Position numbers and translations under genes: made by a program. 58,645 bases of DNA from a virus (Duplodnaviria > Caudoviricetes). Under the pieces are notes generated by a model. That model saw only the letters and a list, made by a program, of their open reading frames with translations. It was not told where the DNA came from and made no database searches. Positions 20,454-29,471 of this stretch are shown here, piece after piece (position 1 is the first letter of the stretch; the number at the start of each line of letters is the position of its first letter). The stretch is taken from the IMG/VR virus record IMGVR_UViG_3300012895_000001, positions 1 through 58,645 of that record. One strand, written 5' to 3'.

Positions 20454-21281
20454 ATGAGACTCGCACAAATTATTTCCACGCTGAAAACCGAACCGCTGTT
20501 TTGCGCATCGGGCTACCGCGAAACCCTGCTCGAAATTCTTGATCAGCACGCGGTATTGAGCGCGGCGGATTACAAACATCAGCGCACCGGCAAAGCCAAG
20601 AGCGGAAGCGAGCTTGACATCGAGCAGATGGAGGTGAAGAACGGCATCGCCTATGTGCCGGTGGGCGGCCCGCTCGGCCAGGGCTTTGGCGAGTTTGAAA
20701 AGGGTGCCGGCTGCGTGGACGTGGACGATATTTGCGCGGAACTGGACGAAGCCGAGGCCGATGACGATGTGAAATCAATCTTGATTGTGTTCGACACGCC
20801 CGGCGGAATGGTCATGGGCACGCCGGAATGTGGCAACCGGATTCTGGCCGTTGAAAAACCGATTTACGCCTGGACGCGCGGCACGATGGCCAGCGCCGGA
20901 TATTGGCTGGCCAGTTGCACCGGCGGAATTTTTTGCACACCCAGTTCTCAAATCGGCAGCATCGGCGTTTGTTCCAGTTTCATGGACTTGAGCAAAATGG
21001 CGGACATGGTGGGCATCAAGGTCAAATCTTTCGGCAGCGGCACATACAAAGGCATGGGCACGCCCGGCACCAGCCTGACGGCGCAGCAGGAAATCTTTCT
21101 GCAAAACCGGGTGATGACACTCGCACAGAATTTTTACGAACACGTCCGCGCCCAACGCGGCGCGGTGAAGGACGAGGACATGCAGGGACAATGCTTCTCC
21201 GGCACTGACGCAATGGCCAAGGGTCTGGTGGATGGTGTCTATAACAGCCTTTCAGAATTGGAAGCGTTCCTCATCGAATAA
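20454..21281 (+). CDS. S49 family head maturation protease
   Basis: DTPGGMV.G, MASAGYWLAS, GSIGV, GTYKG, GLVDG. Confidence 0.92.
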   Translation: MRLAQIISTLKTEPLFCASGYRETLLEILDQHAVLSAADYKHQRTGKAKSGSELDIEQMEVKNGIAYVPVGGPLGQGFGEFEKGAGCVDVDDICAELDEAEADDDVKSILIVFDTPGGMVMGTPECGNRILAVEKPIYAWTRGTMASAGYWLASCTGGIFCTPSSQIGSIGVCSSFMDLSKMADMVGIKVKSFGSGTYKGMGTPGTSLTAQQEIFLQNRVMTLAQNFYEHVRAQRGAVKDEDMQGQCFSGTDAMAKGLVDGVYNSLSELEAFLIE

Positions 21282-21299
21282 TCTCAGCCAAAAATCTTC

Positions 21300-21328
21300 A
21301 AGGCGTCCTTAACTGGACGCCTTTTTTA
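21300..21328 (+). terminator. rho-independent terminator
   Basis: AAGGCGTCC-ttaact-GGACGCCTT followed by a T run. Confidence 0.7.
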
Positions 21329-21394
21329 TTCCAGTCGGTTGACTGTCGGACATTTTCGATTACGGGCGGTGCGACCGCAACCAATTAAAATTTT

Positions 21395-22108
21395 ATGGCA
21401 AGCAATCCTTTGAATTTCAAAAAGAATCACGCCGAACTGACGGCGGCGGAAGCGGCCATCGCTCCTTTCATTGTGTCGGCCAAACTTTCCGTGGCGGCCG
21501 ACGCCCCGCTGGCTGAAAAAATCACCGCGCTCGGCAAGCTGACCGCGACCGGCGACAAGACCGAAGATTCCGCCGCCCTGATTTCCGCCAATGGCGAACT
21601 CGCCGGCCAAGTTGAAACCCTCGAAGGCAAGTTGGTCGCGGCCAATGCGACCGTCGCTGCCCATGCTCAGAAAATCATCGAACTTTCCGGCCAGTTGACG
21701 GTGGCCAACGATTCCGTCACCACGCTGACGGCCAAGAATCTCGAAACGTCCAACCTGCTCAAGTCCACGACCGAAGCAGGCGAACGCCTCACCAAGCAGC
21801 TTGCCGATCAGAAGGCGGAACTCGCCAAGGATTGCCTCGCGGTCGGCTGTTTGAACCTCGTGGGCGCGGACGGCAAACCGCTTGCCAAGGAAGCAACGGC
21901 GGAAACGCAACTGGCGGCGGCCCTGAAACTTTCCCATGCCGAACTGGCCACGTCCTACAAGGGCGCGTTGCACGCGGCGGCCAGCAAGATCGGCGTGGAC
22001 CTGTTCGCCAAGCCGGCGGCGGCTGCGCCCGGCTCGGAGCAGAAGAAATTGACCGCGACGGAAAAATGCCTGGCGGCGGTCGCCAAGGCTGGCGGCAAAT
22101 CGGTTTAA
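21395..22108 (+). CDS. putative capsid scaffolding protein
   Basis: Ala-rich coiled coil between protease and capsid. Confidence 0.6.
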   Translation: MASNPLNFKKNHAELTAAEAAIAPFIVSAKLSVAADAPLAEKITALGKLTATGDKTEDSAALISANGELAGQVETLEGKLVAANATVAAHAQKIIELSGQLTVANDSVTTLTAKNLETSNLLKSTTEAGERLTKQLADQKAELAKDCLAVGCLNLVGADGKPLAKEATAETQLAAALKLSHAELATSYKGALHAAASKIGVDLFAKPAAAAPGSEQKKLTATEKCLAAVAKAGGKSV

Positions 22109-22148
22109 CCAAATTTTTTAGCCCATCCAACACTGAACCAATAAATAT

Positions 22149-23204
22149 ATGGCAATTCAACAACTCGCTACTCTCTGGACGCCGGACGTGTGGATTCCGG
22201 GCATCGCTGAAAAGCAGGCCACGTTCCCCTCGCTGTTCAACAGCAAGGCGGTCACGCGCACCAACCTTTTGACCGAACTCGCCAGCGGCGAGGGCACCAA
22301 GGCCAACGTGCCGTTCCTTAAGGACATCACGGACCAGGCCAACGAGGTCCAGATCGAGCACACCGCCCCGACGACCATCAATGGTGCGCCCGGCGATGTC
22401 TGCAAATTCCCCATCCTGAACCGCGTGACCAAGAATGCGTGGACGGCGATGGCCAAGAATGTTTCCGGCGCGGACATCATGGATCATGTGTTCGGCACGA
22501 TGGGCCAACGCTGCCTCAAGCAGTATCAGACCACGCTCATCGCGATGGCGCGCGGCTTGTTCGGTTCGGCGGGCGCAATCAACGCGGCGGGTGCCCTGAC
22601 GGATGTGCGCTACGGCGGCACGACCGGCGAAGTTTTCTCGGAAACCGGTCTCGCGGCCCCGGACGCGGCTTTGATGTCGCCCGACTTGTTCATTGATACC
22701 TGCGCGTTGCTCGGCGAATTGGAGGACACGCTCAAGACGGGCGCGATCTTCATCCATCCGACGGTTTTGGCCCGCTTGAAAAAGCTGGACGTGAATGGTT
22801 TCAAAACCACGGTGATGCCGAGCGAACTGCCTTTCACCATCCGCACCTATCGCGATGTGCCGATCTTCACCAGCACGGCTTTGCGCCGGGCGGGCACGAC
22901 CAACGGGTTCGTGTATGACACTTACATCTTTGCCGAGAACAGCATCGGTTTCGGTGAAAAACCGCAGGTGGCGGACAAGTCGGACTTGGCCAGCCTGGCT
23001 TATTTCTTCGACCGCGACCTGAACGACGACCTGATCTGGGATCGCCGCCGGATTTCGTTCGGCCTGGACGGCACGGCGTTTGATGATTCTTCCCTCGGCG
23101 CTTCGAGCGCGACGGATGCGGAATTGCAGACGGCGGCCAAATGGTCGCTGAAATATCAGTCCGCCAACCGCGTTGGCGCGGCTTGTATCCGCACCAACGG
23201 GTAA
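22149..23204 (+). CDS. major capsid protein
   Basis: 351 aa in the canonical position; P.VW, NVPF, IHPTV...L. Confidence 0.8.
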   Translation: MAIQQLATLWTPDVWIPGIAEKQATFPSLFNSKAVTRTNLLTELASGEGTKANVPFLKDITDQANEVQIEHTAPTTINGAPGDVCKFPILNRVTKNAWTAMAKNVSGADIMDHVFGTMGQRCLKQYQTTLIAMARGLFGSAGAINAAGALTDVRYGGTTGEVFSETGLAAPDAALMSPDLFIDTCALLGELEDTLKTGAIFIHPTVLARLKKLDVNGFKTTVMPSELPFTIRTYRDVPIFTSTALRRAGTTNGFVYDTYIFAENSIGFGEKPQVADKSDLASLAYFFDRDLNDDLIWDRRRISFGLDGTAFDDSSLGASSATDAELQTAAKWSLKYQSANRVGAACIRTNG

Positions 23205-23266
23205 GCGGCAACCTGCCGCCTGGACAATGGGCAGCGGTAGGTTACTGAAAATATATTTTAAGCATC

Positions 23267-23698
23267 ATGGCGACAAAATTAACAGCGGGTCAGCGGCCGG
23301 AAAAGCGGAGCAAGCCCGCGCCCGCACCGGAAGAACTGGCGGAGCAGGTGTCCGAGGTGGCCGCCGCCGAGAAGTTCCCGGATAATTTTGCCGATTCGCT
23401 GAAGCTGTTGCAGGAGCTTTCCGCCGAGACGGTGACGAGCGAGGAAGAATGGAACGACAAGCAGCCGCGTTTGCTGGCCTTGAAGGCGCATGTGTTCAAG
23501 ATCCAGCAGGGTTTGCCGGTCGTGCACGAGAACGAGCATGTCACCCAGGCGGTCTATCTGGAACGCCGGGCCGGACTGCAACGCACGAAACTGGAATTGC
23601 TCGGTCGTGAAAATACGGCCGTGAAGGAATTGCTGGCGGCTTATGATGCCTTGCTGGCGGAGAAAAAACCGGCACCGGAACCCGTGGTGACGGAATAA
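23267..23698 (+). CDS. hypothetical protein
   Basis: ORF after the capsid gene. Confidence 0.6.
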   Translation: MATKLTAGQRPEKRSKPAPAPEELAEQVSEVAAAEKFPDNFADSLKLLQELSAETVTSEEEWNDKQPRLLALKAHVFKIQQGLPVVHENEHVTQAVYLERRAGLQRTKLELLGRENTAVKELLAAYDALLAEKKPAPEPVVTE

Positions 23699-23731
23699 TT
23701 TTACGGTTAAAAAATCAAAACGAAAAACATT

Positions 23732-24238
23732 ATGAAATTCAATCGCATTTTTCTGGCCCTCATCCTTGGCTTCGCCATGCTCGCCGCCACTGGCCGCGAT
23801 GCTCACGCCGCGCTCGGTGTCATTCCGATCATCAGCGGCTCGACGGCCCGTGTCCTCGCCGGTTCGACCAACGTGGTCGTGGTCGGCACCACCACCAATA
23901 CCTACGGCGCGGCCGGCACCTCCACCAACCTGGCATTGCCCGTGAATGAATTCGATTATGTCGGGCTGACCTGGACGTTCAGCGGGTCCACCAACAACAC
24001 GTTGCTGATCTACAAGTCGTATGACAACGGCGTGACTTACAGCACCAACGCCGATTTCACCTATGCGAACCAGACGGCGGTGAGCGGCACGTTTGTCACC
24101 AACGCCGCGCTGGATGTGCGCGGGGCGACGACGCTGGCTTTTGTGCAGCGGAACACGGGCATCTTTGATTCCACGAACGAATTGCTGGAAATCAACCTGA
24201 AAGCGCCGAAGGTTTTGAGCATTCCGGCCACCCGATAA
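23732..24238 (+). CDS. signal-peptide-bearing Thr/Asn-rich beta protein
   Basis: MKFNRIFLALILGFAMLAA...AHA signal peptide. Confidence 0.7.
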   Translation: MKFNRIFLALILGFAMLAATGRDAHAALGVIPIISGSTARVLAGSTNVVVVGTTTNTYGAAGTSTNLALPVNEFDYVGLTWTFSGSTNNTLLIYKSYDNGVTYSTNADFTYANQTAVSGTFVTNAALDVRGATTLAFVQRNTGIFDSTNELLEINLKAPKVLSIPATR

Positions 24239-24264
24239 TTTTTCCGAGTCCGTGGTTTCGTTTC

Positions 24265-24300
24265 CCGCCGTCATCGCAAGGTGACGGCGGTTTTGCTTTT
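24265..24300 (+). terminator. rho-independent terminator
   Basis: CCGCCGTCATC-GCAA-GGTGACGGCGG followed by TTTT. Confidence 0.7.
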
Positions 24301-24352
24301 GGAGGTGAGCCACCGCTGGCGATGGTTAAAAACGGGGTGGTTAAAAACGGGG

Positions 24353-24601
24353 CTATACCGCCTTGAACAAAATCCCCGCGAGTTCCAGGACTCTGGCTAG
24401 TTCGTTGCGGGTGAAACACGATTCGCAAATCCCCCCGCGCAGGGTGATGAGATTTAACTGGCCGCCTTCCGTCCGCTCGATGCTGACGCAGATGGTGCCG
24501 CCGCCTTCATCCTCGTAAAAGGATGCGCCAACGTCGCCTTTTTGCGCGGCGGGATGCGAATAGGGATAGGCGTATTTTGGGAGTTCGATGGAGTTTGGCA
24601 T
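24353..24601 (-). CDS. hypothetical protein
   Basis: ORF bounded by motif copies. Confidence 0.55.
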   Translation of the reverse strand: MPNSIELPKYAYPYSHPAAQKGDVGASFYEDEGGGTICVSIERTEGGQLNLITLRGGICESCFTRNELARVLELAGILFKAV

Positions 24602-24641
24602 ATTTTGGATGGTTAAAAACAGGGTGGTTTCATTATTCGAT

Positions 24642-24836
24642 TTATATTTTTGATTGGCAGTCCGCGCAGGTGTCCTCTCCGTTCAGGACATCCACCCATT
24701 CCGTTTTACAGATGGCGCATTTTGCATTGTGCTTGGCGGCTGATTCCTTTGCCTGCTGTTCATCCATCAGCGCGTCCAGTTGCGCGCTCTGCCAATCGTC
24801 TATTTCTTCCACGCTCGGACCGTTCGGGTTTGTCAT
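24642..24836 (-). CDS. small Zn-ribbon protein
   Basis: CxxC...CxxC. Confidence 0.55.
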   Translation of the reverse strand: MTNPNGPSVEEIDDWQSAQLDALMDEQQAKESAAKHNAKCAICKTEWVDVLNGEDTCADCQSKI

Positions 24837-24893
24837 AATGAATTTTCAGGTTAAATTGCGCTTTGTAATGAATTTAGTTTGGGCGTAATGAAT

Positions 24894-25619
24894 TTAGAAC
24901 TTGACCAGCCACGCCCTACAAGCGACTGGCTGCCTGATTTTACCATCGTCTGTTAATCCCATTCCACCCACGCGGATTTTAGATCCAACGCGGCACTGGT
25001 CAATCTTGCCGCCACCCAGCTTCACGCGGCAGGTTGCGCCGGTTTGTTCGACCCTGACCTCGGCGCTTTGGGTTCCCCCGATGGCGGTCACGGTGCAATC
25101 GTAAATCTGTTCCTGTTTCACGCAGAGCATTGAGCCAAACGGAGCGTCCCAATCGTGCGCGCAAAATCCTTCCTCCGTGGTTAAAACCGGGGGGACGCTG
25201 ACTTGCTCGACCAGGATCATGTCCGGCGGGAAGTGCGGGACGTAGCTGCACAAGATGCCCCACCGTTCGCGCGTGGAGCGGTTTAACACCGGCTCGCCGT
25301 GGACGGACTCAACGGTGATCGCCGCGCGCCAGCCGTTCGGAAATTTCTTGAACATGGCATCATCTTCCGGCGTATAAAATCCCCCGCTTTTACGCTTCAT
25401 CCATTCGCAGAGAATACCCGCGCCGGCCACCGCGAACCTGTCCAGTTCGCCATCCATTTTCCGCTGGATCAAGCGCGAGCCGTGTTTGCCAATGGCCTGC
25501 ATTTCGGCAAGGGTGACGAGGTGCTTGGTTGGAAATGGCAGGGTGTCGGTGGTTTTCACGATTGAGCCTTTCCTTCGCGCACAAGCGCATATTTTATTGT
25601 GGTTAATTGCCCAGCGCAC
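24894..25619 (-). CDS. minimal ATP-dependent DNA ligase-like protein (start uncertain, possibly GTG 25559)
   Basis: Motif I QRKMDG, motif IV EEGFC, motif V-like LCVK...YDCTV, OB-fold GLT.DG.IRQP. Confidence 0.65.
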   Translation of the reverse strand: MRWAINHNKICACARRKGSIVKTTDTLPFPTKHLVTLAEMQAIGKHGSRLIQRKMDGELDRFAVAGAGILCEWMKRKSGGFYTPEDDAMFKKFPNGWRAAITVESVHGEPVLNRSTRERWGILCSYVPHFPPDMILVEQVSVPPVLTTEEGFCAHDWDAPFGSMLCVKQEQIYDCTVTAIGGTQSAEVRVEQTGATCRVKLGGGKIDQCRVGSKIRVGGMGLTDDGKIRQPVACRAWLVKF

Positions 25620-25719
25620 AACTTCCCGCCTGAAAAATGACGGCTACGAAGCGTCCTATATTGGTTGGTATTCCCGCACGTTGAACAAAATAAAAACGTC
25701 AATGATTTTGCTGGCTTAT

Positions 25720-26082
25720 TCACTTCGCACCTCCTTGCACGGAGGCAACAAGTTTCTCAATCCGTTCAGCCCGTGCGCGCAGGCGTGCGGCTTTGGCGGC
25801 AGACTGTTCTGGCGTGGCGTCCTGGCGGTTGCCGGCATCGCGCTCGATGGTCTGGGCGGTGTCGCGCAGTTTGCGGCAGGCGCGGGCAATGACGACCGGC
25901 GCAACCTTGGCGATCTCCAGGACGCGGGCCTCCAGCGCGGCGGTGGTCTGCGGGGTGAGGTCGTGCCGCGACTCGCCGCTGGCCTTGTGGATGATGTTCT
26001 TGAGGGCGGAGCGGTAGCCTTCCTCCTCGGTGACGCGGGGCACGGGCGATGCGTGCTGCGTGATGCGTGAATCTGGTTTCAT
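25720..26082 (-). CDS. hypothetical protein
   Basis: ORF downstream of a motif copy. Confidence 0.55.
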   Translation of the reverse strand: MKPDSRITQHASPVPRVTEEEGYRSALKNIIHKASGESRHDLTPQTTAALEARVLEIAKVAPVVIARACRKLRDTAQTIERDAGNRQDATPEQSAAKAARLRARAERIEKLVASVQGGAK

Positions 26083-26111
26083 GGGGTTTGGATGGTTAAA
26101 AACAGGGGCGG

Positions 26112-26339
26112 TTATGCGGCCGCCAATACTCCGCGCAAGGCGGCGTGTTTATCTTCGCAAGGACCGATAACTTTTTCCAGTCCCGGCACGCTGGCCCACC
26201 AATCGCGCTTGAAATAAAAGGCGACGGTTTCCGATTGCTCCAGGCGTTCGCCTTTGTGCCAGCGTCCGTTTAATTCATCCGACTTTGGCGCGGAAACGTC
26301 GTGGATGTTGCGGCATTGTATGGTTTTCATAGTTGTCAA
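26112..26339 (-). CDS. hypothetical protein
   Basis: ORF bounded by motif copies. Confidence 0.55.
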   Translation of the reverse strand: MTTMKTIQCRNIHDVSAPKSDELNGRWHKGERLEQSETVAFYFKRDWWASVPGLEKVIGPCEDKHAALRGVLAAA

Positions 26340-26361
26340 ATTTCAGTTGGTTAAAACCGGG

Positions 26362-26841
26362 CTAGTTTCCGCGTGCTTTGGCGATGGCGGCGCGGGCTGA
26401 CATCAAAGCAACCTGCACGTCATTACCAGCGGATGCTCCAATCATGCGTTTTTGCATCCAAGGCATTGTTGCGGCATCCACAAATCGAACTAAAGCCGAT
26501 AGCAGGTCCGGCGCGCTGGCGTGCCATTTAACAATGTCAGCAGCATCAGCCATGCAGACAGTCCCCCCGCCTTTGTTCTGGTCAAACACCGTCACAATGC
26601 CGGCACGCAACCGCATTTTCAGCTTCGGGGTGTGTCCTGCCAATTTCCCCCCGCGCTCCGGCTCGGTTTCCGCCAGCATCTTTTCAGCATTGTCAGCCGC
26701 ATCCTGAGCCATTTTTAACGCAAGGTCTTTACGGTAACTGCATGGAGTGATCCGCCGGCCATTGTGTGTCGGAAAATAGTTCGGGTTAATATCGCCGCTT
26801 CCAGGCGCTTTGCGCACGCCAATTTTGATTTTCGATGTCAT
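26362..26841 (-). CDS. phage hypothetical protein
   Basis: HTP...ASAPDLLSAL...ARAAIAKARG, a common phage domain. Confidence 0.65.
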   Translation of the reverse strand: MTSKIKIGVRKAPGSGDINPNYFPTHNGRRITPCSYRKDLALKMAQDAADNAEKMLAETEPERGGKLAGHTPKLKMRLRAGIVTVFDQNKGGGTVCMADAADIVKWHASAPDLLSALVRFVDAATMPWMQKRMIGASAGNDVQVALMSARAAIAKARGN

Positions 26842-26874
26842 AATTTTGTGGTGTTAATGGTTAAAAACGGGGTG

Positions 26875-27453
26875 TTAAAACGAATGTTTCTCAAGCTCGG
26901 CAAGCTGGCTTTCAATGGCTTCAATTTCAGCCTTCATCCGGGCGACTTCTTCCGCGTTGACGGTTTCCCCCTCGTCTGGGTTTTCTTCCGCGTCCAGTTC
27001 CCCCTCCAAGTCGGTTTTCTGGCTGTCAAGATCATCGGTCAAATCTGTCTTAATGGCTTCCGCGTCGTCTTGCTGGTAGGTTTCCCCACGCACTTCAACC
27101 CAATCCTGCCCGTCAGCGTAATCATTCACGCCGCAACGGTGCGCGGTAGGGTCCATCTCGCGCCAAATTTGCGACGGCATGAAAGTTAATCCGGCAACAT
27201 TAACTTCGCCTTCAGCGTCCAAGCATTCATTAAATGCCGCCTCGCGGTCCACAATTTTGCAATCGGCGGCAATTCTGGTTTCAAGTTCGGCAATGATGTT
27301 TTCAATCTGTGTTTCGATTGCTTGGATCGCATCGCCGAACATTTCAAAACGGCCGCGATTGATTCCGCTGATTCTCAAATGATAAACGCCTTTTTTATCC
27401 TTCCGAAGATAAACCGGCCGGCCGTTTAGGGATGCGCATATAATGGTTTTCAT
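26875..27453 (-). CDS. highly acidic early protein
   Basis: F.E.LD....V.VAG..F.PS......DP.A.RCG; D/E-rich C-terminus. Confidence 0.65.
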   Translation of the reverse strand: MKTIICASLNGRPVYLRKDKKGVYHLRISGINRGRFEMFGDAIQAIETQIENIIAELETRIAADCKIVDREAAFNECLDAEGEVNVAGLTFMPSQIWREMDPTAHRCGVNDYADGQDWVEVRGETYQQDDAEAIKTDLTDDLDSQKTDLEGELDAEENPDEGETVNAEEVARMKAEIEAIESQLAELEKHSF

Positions 27454-27614
27454 AAAATTTCAGTGGTTAAAATGGTGGTGGTTAAAATTAGGGGGTTAAT
27501 AATAAATCCGGCCGTCATCGCCATGACGCGGCATTCGGCGCTTGTGTGGCCCGCGCGTCCATCATTGTAGATGAGACGCATTCCCGTTTTGATGTTCGCC
27601 GTGTTAATCTTCAT
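27450..27614 (-). CDS. small leaderless ORF
   Basis: ATG 6 nt downstream of the -10 box; its 3' end runs through motif copies. Confidence 0.4.
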   Translation of the reverse strand: MKINTANIKTGMRLIYNDGRAGHTSAECRVMAMTAGFIINPLILTTTILTTEIL

Positions 27615-27620
27615 GCCGAC

Positions 27621-27649
27621 AAAATACCGCAACCGCTTGCGCTATGCAA
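27621..27649 (-). promoter_or_regulatory. sigma70-type promoter TTGCAT-17-TATTTT with operator GCAAGCGGTTGC
   Basis: Spacing, plus 15 bp identical to the promoter at 27981-28009. Confidence 0.65.
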
Positions 27650-27782
27650 TAAAAATCTTCATTTATTTTTACTATCTCAATTCGGCATTGAAAACATTGA
27701 GCGAAACGGGGAAGATTTATTTGGAGAAAAGCGGAAAAGCGGAAAAATCCAGGCTAAAATCCTATTGTGAATAGCAGCGCGC

Positions 27783-27974
27783 TCAGGCTGGCTTTGTGTC
27801 GCGCTTGGCAACGTGGTCAGCCCAGCGAACGGCGGCCCCTGCCTGCCCAGCCGCGCGCGCTTGTGCCGTTGATCTAGCCTTAGCCTGCCCACGACCAGCC
27901 GCACCGCCTAGCCTGCCCAGCGCAACCGCCGCAGGGTGTTTCCGTCTCGTCTTCTCATCGTCTCGTCGTGACAT
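27783..27974 (-). CDS. small basic 'PAAVALGRLGG...RW' protein, probable DNA-binding regulator
   Basis: KHPAAVALGRLGG...ARAAG..GAAVRW; leaderless. Confidence 0.6.
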   Translation of the reverse strand: MSRRDDEKTRRKHPAAVALGRLGGAAGRGQAKARSTAQARAAGQAGAAVRWADHVAKRDTKPA

Positions 27975-27980
27975 TGCTAG

Positions 27981-28009
27981 AGCATGATGCAACCGCTTGC
28001 GCTTGTCAA
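27981..28009 (-). promoter_or_regulatory. sigma70-type promoter TTGACA-17-CATGCT with operator GCAAGCGGTTGC
   Basis: Consensus -35; operator shared with 27621-27649. Confidence 0.65.
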
Positions 28010-28289
28010 TGCCGAACTGAACGCCAGACTTTACAGCTAAACATTGGCGCTTTGCATGAATCGTTAAACAGCCGATAAACATTGATGATTCGCAGTAATG
28101 CAGTAATCGGTTGGGCCGGTGTGCTTGGTGAAACATTTATCGCCAACAATGAACGCGATGCGGAAACGGTGTGGGACTACTGCGAATCGCTGCCAGATGA
28201 CCTGTCTCCAACAGATATGGATGCGATTAACGGACACACAATGAAGCGCCGCGCATTCGATACGGCCGCCCGAATCATTGGGTAGTGCC

Positions 28290-28517
28290 TTAATTTGAAT
28301 TTAACTTCTTCCACCGTGCGACGCACCAGCCAATTGAAATGAGAGCTGCAATACACACCCAACGGTCGCTTCCGTTTGACCACAGATGAGAAATATATTT
28401 GCAGACTGCTTGAAACGCGCCCACAACAGAAATTACGAGAATCATTAAAGCAGTCAAAAAACCAATCGTCGTTGCAACGTAATCAAGCGCGGTTAAAATT
28501 TTGCCTGTAATCTTCAT
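28290..28517 (-). CDS. small two-TM membrane protein
   Basis: Two hydrophobic stretches; ATGA-coupled. Confidence 0.55.
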   Translation of the reverse strand: MKITGKILTALDYVATTIGFLTALMILVISVVGAFQAVCKYISHLWSNGSDRWVCIAALISIGWCVARWKKLNSN

Positions 28518-28828
28518 TGTTTTCCCTTTTTCAAATCAGCCATGATTGCCACTTTAACAGCCATGGCCGGCGAATCCACTGGCGGTATTTCCAGAACGGT
28601 AACGAATCGCTCGCCAGTTCCATCCACATTTTCAGGATGCGACCAGCCATAAGCGCGTTTGGCCTTCGGGTGTCCTGTCAGATCAAAAACCTCGACCTCG
28701 CCTTGCCAGAGCGTCTTGCCGCCAAAGATTTCCGTGACAGGCACGGATTCACGCCAAACCGCCCCGCAGTTATGCAACTGCTGAACGGTCACTTGCAACC
28801 GCGCTAGATAATCGGATTTATTCGCCAC
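28514..28828 (-). CDS. hypothetical protein
   Basis: SVPV.E.F.G...W.G.VEVFDL.GHPKA.RAY.WS pattern, recalled from mobile-element cargo genes. Confidence 0.65.
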   Translation of the reverse strand: MANKSDYLARLQVTVQQLHNCGAVWRESVPVTEIFGGKTLWQGEVEVFDLTGHPKAKRAYGWSHPENVDGTGERFVTVLEIPPVDSPAMAVKVAIMADLKKGKQ

Positions 28829-28841
28829 AGGTTTTCAATTA

Positions 28842-29471
28842 CTAATGTTTTTTGGCCGCAATCAGCTTCGGCAGATAATCCAACGCCACGGCGTCTCTTG
28901 ATTTGAAATATCTGTGGGCGTGGTTTGGCAACCAATCTGTTTCAATAAATTCAATGAAAATGGACAGCACATCGTTTCTGTATTGGCGCGCTTGAATTAT
29001 CATCTTGTTTGGCAATTCGTGGTCGTAAAATTTATACAAATGCTGTTTCAGCGGATGGTTCTTTTTAAGCCATTTTGGGAATATCAAGCCCACGCTTACG
29101 TCCGGCCTGATTTCTTTTCCCTGATAGCCTTTGTCGGGCAATGTGTGACCCATTTGCTCAAGTCGCCCATAAACTCGTATAAACAATTCGCTAATGATTG
29201 AAAAATACCCCATGTCCACACGATGCCAGTTGGCATTAAATCGCCTCACGAACGCTGGCAGTGAGGCTTTTCCAAGCGAAAATGATCCGGTCTTTCTTAT
29301 TTGTGGGATTACGTCATGCGTGACCCATCGCTTGAACTTTTTAGCCTCGGCCTTGCGGCTTTGCAAAATTAGGTCGTAAAGCCCATATTCGCTTACAATA
29401 TAAACCTTTATTTTCCGGCCTTTTGAATCCACGCCATCGGTAGTGCCGATGTCGTCTTTTTCCAACCTTGA
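28842..29471 (-). pseudogene. BRO-N domain antirepressor-like gene, 5'-truncated
   Basis: Begins mid-domain at SRLEKDD...IVSEYGLY.LIL.SRK.EAKKFKRWVT.DV.P.IRKTG. Confidence 0.75.

Larger units (their letters stand above)
24323..27495 (-). repeat. dispersed motif CCCCGTTTTTAACCA (TGGTTAAAA(A)CRGGG on +), about 9 copies
   Basis: 24323, 24338, 24610, 25178, 26093, 26348, 26858, 27464, 27479. Confidence 0.85.

Noticed and set aside
10339-24313. Long minus-strand ORFs (10339-11607, 16306-17496, 19086-20351, 21789-22757, 23279-24313)
   Set aside because: Antisense shadows of GC-rich + strand genes, with no recognisable motifs.
24323-27495. Dispersed motif as CRISPR repeats or attC sites
   Set aside because: Only ~15 bp, irregular gene-sized spacing, no cas genes and no attC stem structure.
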